Source: a virus (taxonomy: Duplodnaviria; Caudoviricetes). Taken from it: a stretch of DNA of 53,276 bases. Positions 37,867 through 46,416 of the stretch are shown here, piece by piece. The position numbers and the translations under genes are program-made. Within the stretch, counting starts at the first letter, position 1. The number at the start of each line of letters is the position of its first letter. Below the pieces are notes generated by a model. That model saw nothing but the letters and a program-made list of their open reading frames with translations. It had not been told where the DNA came from and searched no databases. The stretch lies in IMG/VR virus record IMGVR_UViG_3300020477_000035, positions 1 to 53,276 of that record; one strand, 5' to 3'.

Positions 37867-38958
37867 CTATACTTTAGTCTTTAACAAAAAATTTAAACCT
37901 GCACCAATATTACCAACTGTTGAACCAATTGCTGTTACTTTAAAAGTTATTCTATCACCAGAAATAAATGACAGTTGACCACTATCCAATACGCCTGCTG
38001 TCATATTATTACTATCTATAACAAATTGTGGTTTGGTTGCATATATTGTAGTACCATTTTTTTCTATATCAACAACAACAGCAGCTCCAAGAGCAACAGT
38101 CTCAAGGTGTCCTACTTCTCCATCAAATACACCATTTCTTCCCATAATAAGAACACCATAAGTTGCAACTTCTAAATCTTCTAGTGCTAAGTCTGCATCA
38201 TAACCAGCATTAAATGCCATATCGTAATGAAGGCCTGTAAGACTTGAACCATCAAGTGCAGGTAACGCACCAGTTAATTTACTTGATGCCATACCATTAA
38301 TCTTAGCATTGGTTATTGCATCATCAGCAACCTTAGCTGTTGTTACATTTGAATCTGCGATCTTAGCTGTTGTAATATTATCATCAGCAATCTTGGCTGT
38401 TGTTACATTTGCATCTGTAATCTTATCTGTGGTTACTGCATTGTTGGCGAGTTTAGTTTCAGTTACATTTGCGTCAACAATATTTATTGTGGTAACTGCA
38501 TTAGTTGCTAAGTTTGCAGCCGTAACAGAAGTGTTAGCAAGTTTTATATTTGTAACTGCTCCATCAGCTAACTCGGTTGTACCAACTACACCAGCATTAA
38601 GTTGCGCATTACTAACAGTACCAGATAAATCACCACCCATTACTAGAGATGGAATTGTTGGTTGACTTGTAAAACTAAAATTTCCATTACCATCTGTTTG
38701 TAATACTTCACCAGCATTACCATCTGAAAAATTTAATTGTGCAATACCAATAGAGCCAGCAACATTTGACATATCTGCTCTTGCTAATGGATATCCAGTT
38801 GGAAGGTTTACATCAAGAGTAGCCCTGCCATTAAGATCCGTTCCATCATGTACTCTAATAGTTTTATCTGTAAGGTCAACAGTTATTTCACCTTCCTCAC
38901 CGGAAAAGTTTTTATGTTGGTCTGTGGTACCTCTTCTTATCTGAACAATTTTAGCCAT
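37867..38958 (-). CDS. Fibre protein with Mtd_N-like N-terminal domain
   Basis: VQIRRGTT..FSGEEGEITVD..RVHDG; NVTTAKIAD decapeptides; SSKLTGALPALDGS linker. Confidence 0.8.
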   Translation of the reverse strand: MAKIVQIRRGTTDQHKNFSGEEGEITVDLTDKTIRVHDGTDLNGRATLDVNLPTGYPLARADMSNVAGSIGIAQLNFSDGNAGEVLQTDGNGNFSFTSQPTIPSLVMGGDLSGTVSNAQLNAGVVGTTELADGAVTNIKLANTSVTAANLATNAVTTINIVDANVTETKLANNAVTTDKITDANVTTAKIADDNITTAKIADSNVTTAKVADDAITNAKINGMASSKLTGALPALDGSSLTGLHYDMAFNAGYDADLALEDLEVATYGVLIMGRNGVFDGEVGHLETVALGAAVVVDIEKNGTTIYATKPQFVIDSNNMTAGVLDSGQLSFISGDRITFKVTAIGSTVGNIGAGLNFLLKTKV

Positions 38959-39157
38959 TTTGTTTTCCTAATAAAGTCTTAACCATTTCTTTAAGATCAG
39001 CAATATCTTGTTTCATATTATTTATATCGTTAATCTCATCCAGTTTTTTCTGTCTTGCAATTTTATAACTTTCTAAAGCACTTCTATTAGTATTAAGAAT
39101 TGCTTTAGAATCTACATCACGAATATATTTTGTTTCTTTTACTTTTATAGTTTCCAT
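38951..39157 (-). CDS. Small conserved protein downstream of the DUF4815-like gene
   Basis: RD..SKAILN...INNMKQDIADLKEMVKTLL; translationally coupled on both sides. Confidence 0.75.
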   Translation of the reverse strand: METIKVKETKYIRDVDSKAILNTNRSALESYKIARQKKLDEINDINNMKQDIADLKEMVKTLLGKQNG

Positions 39158-39158
39158 A

Positions 39159-42100
39159 TTAAGCCAATGCGATTGCCCTTAAATCTTTTATTAATGGAAC
39201 TCTAGTTGTTTCACTTGATGGTGCTGTCATAACAATCTTAATTGCAAATATTTTAAAACTCGTATAACTAACAGTATTTCGTGTATATGTTATATTTCCA
39301 TTAACTGTATCAGGAACAAACTCAAGTTCTAAATATTCACTATCATCATCTGATATAGATTTGCTATTTACATTAGAAGCTTCTTTCATCAAAGTCCAAG
39401 GCTTGTTATCAAACATATCACTATCAAATTGTGATAATACTTTATAGTAAACAGCAATCTTAGAGTTACCCTGTCTATTAGCTGTTAAGAATACTTGCAA
39501 ACTTGTTGCATCAAAACCATCTTTTAACGTAACCCTTCTTGTAAGATACCTAGCCGTTGCATCGCCACCTGATAAAATACCATCAGCATCTGCTGTATCA
39601 TTAATAATATTCTGAATAGTAATAACACTATTCCTAGCTGTATCAATAACTGGACTAATATACTTACTTGATGAAGAAAGTGTAGCTCTTGATTCAAAAG
39701 ATCCCTGTGTAGATCCCTCAACTTCTTTTCTTGAATCTAATATAAAATTAGTATTCTGAATAAGAGGACGATATTCAACATCAAAACTATCATCACCATC
39801 ATCTTTCATTTTAACGCCCCACTTAATATTAGTTTTATTAATTCTAATTTCTTGTGGAACAAGTTGAATAAGATCAGCCTTAGCATCATAAGAGACACCT
39901 GCAAAATCTCTGAATACAGCATTACCATCAGTATTGGTAACAAACTCTGCTATATTAATATTAAATGATAAATCTTGGTTTTGTTCTGGTGTCCATGTTG
40001 AAGCATTCTGTGATTTAAAGAATACACCAGCATAAGGTTGTTCAGATATTTTTCTATCTGTACCAACAATATTCTCACCCATCTCTGCAATATAAGTTTC
40101 ATATTTCAAACTATTACTAATTACAACTATTGAATATTCTCCTGGCTGTAAGTAAACTAATGATGGAAATACAAACTTTGTAGCTACACTTGCATCTTCA
40201 CTTACAGTAATATCAGCAGGGAACTTTGTAACATTAGAGAATGGAACAATCGTCTGTGCAGGATAACCATTCAATGTATCTCTGATTTGTAATGTAACAG
40301 GAATACCATCTTCATCTTTTGTCTTGAAGAATAATTCGACATCTGTTAGAAATACTCCATCAGGATATAATGCAGGATCAACCAAGAATGTTTCTGCAAG
40401 AGGATCAACCCACCCAACTGTATTAACACGATTGAATGTATTTGTAGTTGTTCTAAACTCTGTAGCACTACCTTGTGCAAATGTTTGGATTGTTGGAACC
40501 CTTGTAGATAGAACAACATTCTCTCTTGTTTGTAATAGGCCTTGTGCTTGATAAACAACTTCAGCATAAGTACCAGCTGTAATCAAATCACCAGCTTGGT
40601 TGTCTGTTAATAAAAATTGTCTTTCACCAGTTCTAAATCTTAATGTATCAGTATTAGGAATACTAAAAGTTAAGTTACTAATAGAACCAGCATCATCTGT
40701 AAAAATAGCACCACCTAAAGTTCCACCATTAGGAGTACAATGTGCATTAACATCTTCACCATCAAAACGTGCATATACTCTTGTATTAGGTTTCATACCT
40801 GTTACATCAACAGTAATATCTCTAGCACGAATAAATGGTATAACAGAAACATCAACAACTCTATCACCAATGCTATTTCTTACAGTATCAACACCAGTAA
40901 TCTCATTACGAATACCAGTTCGTGTTTGTCTTACTTCACGCTCAACTGTTTGATTAACTTGAATAGCATTTCCACGTCGGAAAGTACCACCCTGAGCAAC
41001 TACTCTTTCTCGACCTGTACCAAGTGTTTGCCAATCATTAAACTGTGTACCAAATGCTAAACCAACTAAACTTGACCATGCATCATTCTCACCTTGAAGA
41101 TTGACGACAACTTCTGGATTTGTTGATGTATCAATCCAGTTATCATTAGGTGGTGTTAAATCAACAGTACCAACCCAGGCCAATACTGCAAATGGATTTA
41201 TGTTTACTGCTTTGCTTGCAATAGGTTGTTTAACAAATGGTATAATATTATATGGTAATGTAATACAATCACCAGTTTTTGCAACACCCGTTGATGCTTC
41301 TTCTTTATACTCAACATCTACAATATTAGAAATAAATCTTGGTCTTAAAATCTTATCATCAAAATCTATTGAACATTGATAGTCTGGACTTAAAACATTA
41401 CCAACACTATGGCCATTGAATCCATCAACCAATATTCCATTCTTAAATCTATCTAAACCAGTAGCTGCATCTTTAATATCTAATGCTTCTGCATCTTTTT
41501 CTAATAATGATAGTGAGGTATAATACTCAACATTAGAAATTCTTTTTTCTAATTTACCAATATCTCTCATTGTATATCTTTTATTTTCGATATACTCTGC
41601 TCTAACATCTTTTCCTTTAAATGTATAAGCTGGGATATTAAGTGTATAGAGATTCATTGTACCATCAAGTGTCGCAGGTGGTGTGGCTGTTAAAGAAGAA
41701 ACACCAGTATTATTTCCAAACTTTCTTTCTTTACTTAAATAAATTGTATCTACTCTTGGAAGATAATAACTATAATCCGAAGTGAAATCCTCATTTGGTA
41801 CTGGTAACTCAATATTTTCTATTGTTATACCACCATCTGCTCGTCTTGGTCTAAAATCAATACAATCTCTAAGCTCTACTTCATCACCCGATACTGGACT
41901 TGTAAATGTTGGAATGTCAACAAAACTGACTGAACCAGTATAAGAATCAACAGATAAATAACCATTACCAGTATGTGTAAAATAATCAAAGACAACAGAG
42001 ATTTGTCCGGTTGGTGCTGTTTCTCCTGAATTTAATTTAACTGCACCATGATCGTAAATATTATCTCTCTGTCCATTATCCAACATATATCTTGATGTAA

Positions 42101-44846
42101 CATCTGTACTACCAGCATCAACACCAGAAACCACTTTAGTAAATCCAGTAGTTGCACCAGTAACATTTTCAGAAGCAACAAATGTTCCAGATACAGGAAC
42201 ATAAGTTACTGATGTTGTACCAGAATCACCTACAATAACTAATCCCTTTGCACCAGATGTTTGACCAGTAATAGTTTCACCAGCTTGTAATGATTGAGCT
42301 GTACTTGCAACAGTAAGTGTAGGTAATGTAGGTGCAGTATTACTATCTTCAGAATCATAAATTGCACGAAGCTTCCAAATATCTGAAAATTCCAAAGTAT
42401 CCCACACGACATCAGAAGCAGATGGTGTAGCAAAAGTTTTTACTTCACTAGCTACTAATGACTTTACTCTTTCTTGTTTACTACTAACATTTAATGTTGC
42501 AATAATTTCTGCTTTGAATGTTCCACCTGTACCTGTTACGCCTGTATTAAAAGTTGCACTCGTACCTGTACCTGAAATAGTTATTGTACCACCTTGATCG
42601 AAACGAACAATAGAACCTACAGCAAGACCCGAACTTTGAGGATCTTTAACAACAACTAAATAATTTTCTCTTGCATTACTATCAGATAATGTAGAACCCG
42701 TACCAATAAATTTTTCAGATGAACCAGCACTTGATATAGCACCAGTACCACCATTAAAAGTAACACCCTGTCCATCCGTACCGAAAACTCTTTTAATTGG
42801 ATAGCTTGTATCTATAACATCATTCAACCCACGAATAGATTTAATAACATCTTGGGGATATTTAAAAACAAGACTATTAAAATTAGATTCATTTAATATT
42901 GTATCTTTAGAAGGATCAGCATTAACTTTACCACTATCATCAATATCTGCACTTGATCTTAATACAACAGTACCTGCGGATGCATCAACTGGAATAACAA
43001 CAGACTCAATATTTTCAAACTTATCTGATGTCATTTGCACATCATAAATATATAAATTAAATATTCTATTTGCTCCACCCGTAGAAGAAGAAAAGTCAAC
43101 ACTTCTTACTTTAGCTGTGCCTATTTTTGTATTAGCATAATTAGTATCAACAATATTTGAAGTTGTAACATTGTGAAGATCAACTTCTTGATGAACACTA
43201 ATATTAAATAGACCAATAAGATCCTTCACAATAACATAATTTCCAAATTGCATTAACCGACTAAAACCATTAACATTAACAACCTCTCTGGCTTTGTCTA
43301 ATTCTAAATCTTGAGATACTAATGTCTCAAATTCAAAACCTTCAATAAATGCTTTCCCGGGGTCAAGTCGTACAAGAAATTTTGAATCATCAGATGGATG
43401 GTCTTTTAATTGTATATTGAATGATCTTACTGTATAACTACCAGACTCATCAAAAGTTCGTCTGGCGAAAGTTTCTTCTAATACAGAATAGATAGGAACT
43501 TTAATATCTTTTTCTTTAATGCCTTTATTAACTCGGAGTAACTCATAAAAATCTACATCATCTTGTGAGTCAAGTGTTTTCTTTGTAAGTGTTAATGAAA
43601 GTTTCAAACGATCTGCGCCAGGTGCTGCAAAGTTTGAAGAGCCCTGTGCATTATCAAGTAATGTTATATCACCACCAGCATTAACTACTGTCTCAGTAAC
43701 AGTCAATCCAACCTTATAAGAAGGATTATCAAAATATTTATCCAATATTAATGTTTGTGCAGGTACTTTAATAAAGTTACCATTGATATAAAATACACCT
43801 TCTGATATTGATGCAGAACTACCTGTCCCAACAGCTGTGGAAAGAACACTCTCACCAGTTGCATTAACACCACCAGCTGGAGCAGCTGCAATAGTTACAG
43901 TTGGTGTGGCTCCACCAGAAGAAGTGCTATAACCTGCACCTTGATTGACAACAGTTATTTCTGTAACAACTCCATTTGTAATAGTAGCAAGTGCTGTGGC
44001 ATTTGTACCACTACTAGGTGCATTTGCAATCGTAACTGCTGGAGGTTCCGTATATCCAGCACCACCATTAGTAATTGTAATAGAACGAATACTAGCAGGT
44101 TCAGCATCAACAATCGCTGCTGAGATACTACGATCTGTAGCATATAATCTTTCGCCAGCAAGAAAAGCAGGTGATGTTTCTAATGTACCTTGAGCAGTTG
44201 CACCAGAACCAGTACCACCTATTAATTGAACAGTAACAATAGGTTTGCCATTAGAATCAGTAGCATTTGAAGTATAGCCTGATCCACGATTTATAATATT
44301 GATACCAATAACAACACCACCACTAATAATTGCCTCAGCTTCTACTCCTGTACCACCACCTGCTACAGCTACTGTCGGTGCTACTGTATATCCACTTCCT
44401 TGATTTATTACTCTAATGCCTTGTACTTTATCTGTCTGTGAACCACCAGTAATGTATTTTACAAATAATGTATCAGGATCCCCAGTTGTACTATCTACTG
44501 CTGAAGTACCAAGAACCAGAGCTTTGGAACCGGTCTGTGTTCCAACGATTGTCTTTCCTACAAAATTAGCTACATTAATATCAACACTATTATATTGAGG
44601 TTTGAGTTTAATGTATTCATAATCCAAATTTAAAACAAGTTCACCACCAGATACTTTACTTCCATTTTTAAAAACATGATCTCCAAATTTCTTTACTTGA
44701 TCTCGGAGTATGCTTTGTTGAGTAGTTAGTTCTCTAGCTTGTACTGGAAGCGATGGCTTATATAGGACTTGATGATAATTTTTATCATCATCAAAGTCGT
44801 CAAAATAAGGACTCTGGTTTGTATTGATTGTAATATTATTCGACAT
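39159..44846 (-). CDS. Large virion structural protein (DUF4815 / VrlC-like)
   Basis: N-term PYFDDFD..KNY..VLYKP..VQARELT..QSIL; APGADRLK; ARRTFDESG.Y; RYTMRDIGKLEKRI..EYYTSLSLLE; DPLAETF; C-term DLRAIALA; position after gp8. Confidence 0.9.
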   Translation of the reverse strand: MSNNITINTNQSPYFDDFDDDKNYHQVLYKPSLPVQARELTTQQSILRDQVKKFGDHVFKNGSKVSGGELVLNLDYEYIKLKPQYNSVDINVANFVGKTIVGTQTGSKALVLGTSAVDSTTGDPDTLFVKYITGGSQTDKVQGIRVINQGSGYTVAPTVAVAGGGTGVEAEAIISGGVVIGINIINRGSGYTSNATDSNGKPIVTVQLIGGTGSGATAQGTLETSPAFLAGERLYATDRSISAAIVDAEPASIRSITITNGGAGYTEPPAVTIANAPSSGTNATALATITNGVVTEITVVNQGAGYSTSSGGATPTVTIAAAPAGGVNATGESVLSTAVGTGSSASISEGVFYINGNFIKVPAQTLILDKYFDNPSYKVGLTVTETVVNAGGDITLLDNAQGSSNFAAPGADRLKLSLTLTKKTLDSQDDVDFYELLRVNKGIKEKDIKVPIYSVLEETFARRTFDESGSYTVRSFNIQLKDHPSDDSKFLVRLDPGKAFIEGFEFETLVSQDLELDKAREVVNVNGFSRLMQFGNYVIVKDLIGLFNISVHQEVDLHNVTTSNIVDTNYANTKIGTAKVRSVDFSSSTGGANRIFNLYIYDVQMTSDKFENIESVVIPVDASAGTVVLRSSADIDDSGKVNADPSKDTILNESNFNSLVFKYPQDVIKSIRGLNDVIDTSYPIKRVFGTDGQGVTFNGGTGAISSAGSSEKFIGTGSTLSDSNARENYLVVVKDPQSSGLAVGSIVRFDQGGTITISGTGTSATFNTGVTGTGGTFKAEIIATLNVSSKQERVKSLVASEVKTFATPSASDVVWDTLEFSDIWKLRAIYDSEDSNTAPTLPTLTVASTAQSLQAGETITGQTSGAKGLVIVGDSGTTSVTYVPVSGTFVASENVTGATTGFTKVVSGVDAGSTDVTSRYMLDNGQRDNIYDHGAVKLNSGETAPTGQISVVFDYFTHTGNGYLSVDSYTGSVSFVDIPTFTSPVSGDEVELRDCIDFRPRRADGGITIENIELPVPNEDFTSDYSYYLPRVDTIYLSKERKFGNNTGVSSLTATPPATLDGTMNLYTLNIPAYTFKGKDVRAEYIENKRYTMRDIGKLEKRISNVEYYTSLSLLEKDAEALDIKDAATGLDRFKNGILVDGFNGHSVGNVLSPDYQCSIDFDDKILRPRFISNIVDVEYKEEASTGVAKTGDCITLPYNIIPFVKQPIASKAVNINPFAVLAWVGTVDLTPPNDNWIDTSTNPEVVVNLQGENDAWSSLVGLAFGTQFNDWQTLGTGRERVVAQGGTFRRGNAIQVNQTVEREVRQTRTGIRNEITGVDTVRNSIGDRVVDVSVIPFIRARDITVDVTGMKPNTRVYARFDGEDVNAHCTPNGGTLGGAIFTDDAGSISNLTFSIPNTDTLRFRTGERQFLLTDNQAGDLITAGTYAEVVYQAQGLLQTRENVVLSTRVPTIQTFAQGSATEFRTTTNTFNRVNTVGWVDPLAETFLVDPALYPDGVFLTDVELFFKTKDEDGIPVTLQIRDTLNGYPAQTIVPFSNVTKFPADITVSEDASVATKFVFPSLVYLQPGEYSIVVISNSLKYETYIAEMGENIVGTDRKISEQPYAGVFFKSQNASTWTPEQNQDLSFNINIAEFVTNTDGNAVFRDFAGVSYDAKADLIQLVPQEIRINKTNIKWGVKMKDDGDDSFDVEYRPLIQNTNFILDSRKEVEGSTQGSFESRATLSSSSKYISPVIDTARNSVITIQNIINDTADADGILSGGDATARYLTRRVTLKDGFDATSLQVFLTANRQGNSKIAVYYKVLSQFDSDMFDNKPWTLMKEASNVNSKSISDDDSEYLELEFVPDTVNGNITYTRNTVSYTSFKIFAIKIVMTAPSSETTRVPLIKDLRAIALA

Positions 44847-44858
44847 AGTAAGGCCTTT

Positions 44859-46346
44859 TTAAAATTCAACTACAAGTTTAATATCTTCAGTAGAATCAGT
44901 TGATCTATGAATAGGAGGACGATACTCTGTGTATAAAATTATTCCAGTATCTTCCGTGATTTCATTTTTTGCATATGTATCAGCAGTAGCAAGAGTACCT
45001 TGTAAAGTTTTTGGATTAACCAATACATGAACTTTTCTGAAATCTTCATCAATAGGTAGATCAGTATTAGCGGCTCCTCTTAGACGAGCATTCATCATAA
45101 CAAATGCTCCACCCAATTCCCCAACTGGATCGCTACCATGACCACCCTTAGGATTTATAATTACTTTTAATATAGCACCAGCACCAGAACCACTAGTTAC
45201 TTCTGCTGTAGCTTGACGATAACCTGTTCCAGCATTTGGTGTTCGATTAACAATAGTGATTTCTTCAATAGCTCCTGTTCCATCAGTCTGTCGTGAAACT
45301 CTTGCAGTTATTCCTGAACCACCACCAGATTGTCCTCCACCCGTTCCATCAATAGTAACGGCTGGTCGTACTTCATAAACACTTGCTGTTGTTGGTAGGT
45401 TATTAACATCCCAAGCAGGTGATACTGTTGCTAATCTATCAACGGCAACATAATCTGTAACAGTTGTAAACTGTCCTGCACCTGGCCCACTTGTAATATA
45501 GATTGTCATATCTTTATAATAATCATCAGTTGTTCCATCTGCTACTTGTGTAGTATTATTGTTTGGATCAAGTGCGTTTTGTAAAGATATTTTATCTGGA
45601 TTGTTAGCTGCAACATCTGATACTGGTTGACCAACAGTTGATCTATAACCTGTACCACCATCAGTAACCTTAATATAATCTATTGAACCATCTATAGCAT
45701 TTTGTTGAACATCCCATTGTTTTGTTCCATCATCAGCTGTTAAGGTCTTGGTTGGAATCCAATCAGCTGTAACATATTTCAAAACATCTGCCTGCTGAAC
45801 TTCAAACATAAATTTCCATACATATCCATCTGCATCTGTCTTGGTCAATCCTTCACTATTACCTGTTGGTTTGACAGTAGAAGTTGCACCATTATTATTA
45901 CTGATACATTTATATACTCTATATTCATCTGTAAAAACATAAAACGGCGATTCATTTGTACTACTGGCAGGATTGACATTATCAATAATATCATCCCTAT
46001 CATGGCTGTATTCACGATATATAGTACCACTTGTCCAATCATATCTAGCAATAACATGAGAAACATCAGTTATTCGTTTAATAGCACGAATATCGTCCCA
46101 ATGTAAGGCAGACGCCTGGGTTGTATCAACTGGTAATGGAATATTAATATCACTAGCTGGATTGCCATCTGTTACTCTAAACTCAGCCAGGTTATCCGCA
46201 GTAGTGCCACTCCAAGCATCAGTCTTACCAAAAGCTAGATAAATGTTATTTTTTCTGGTATTAGTACCAGATACGGTTTCAGTAAAACTCTCAATGAAGT
46301 TATCTGCCTGAAATTTTCTGAAACTATTATTAATTATTGCACTCAT
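44859..46346 (-). CDS. gp8: Baseplate wedge subunit gp8
   Basis: RYDWTSG..Y, FYVFTDEYRVYKCISN, DGYVWKFMF, PKGGHGSDPVGELG, C-term EDIKLVVEF. Confidence 0.9.
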   Translation of the reverse strand: MSAIINNSFRKFQADNFIESFTETVSGTNTRKNNIYLAFGKTDAWSGTTADNLAEFRVTDGNPASDINIPLPVDTTQASALHWDDIRAIKRITDVSHVIARYDWTSGTIYREYSHDRDDIIDNVNPASSTNESPFYVFTDEYRVYKCISNNNGATSTVKPTGNSEGLTKTDADGYVWKFMFEVQQADVLKYVTADWIPTKTLTADDGTKQWDVQQNAIDGSIDYIKVTDGGTGYRSTVGQPVSDVAANNPDKISLQNALDPNNNTTQVADGTTDDYYKDMTIYITSGPGAGQFTTVTDYVAVDRLATVSPAWDVNNLPTTASVYEVRPAVTIDGTGGGQSGGGSGITARVSRQTDGTGAIEEITIVNRTPNAGTGYRQATAEVTSGSGAGAILKVIINPKGGHGSDPVGELGGAFVMMNARLRGAANTDLPIDEDFRKVHVLVNPKTLQGTLATADTYAKNEITEDTGIILYTEYRPPIHRSTDSTEDIKLVVEF

Positions 46347-46382
46347 GTTATAATTCCTTTTTAGATTGATTTATACTTGCTA

Positions 46383-46390
46383 TATTTATA
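46383..46390 (-). promoter_or_regulatory. T4-type late promoter TATAAATA
   Basis: Exact consensus between gp7 and gp8. Confidence 0.75.
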
Positions 46391-46416
46391 ATACTTTTTA
46401 GAAAAATATTAAATTA

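Noticed and set aside
35668-38958. Diversity-generating retroelement suggested by Mtd_N-like domains
   Set aside because: No reverse transcriptase, and I saw no TR/VR pair with adenine-specific mismatches; the shared DNA patches lie in shafts, not C-terminal tips.
39159-39185. C-terminal RAIALA of the DUF4815-like protein as a fourth MAIALG motif
   Set aside because: It is the usual DLRAIALA ending of this protein family and lacks the preceding motif context.
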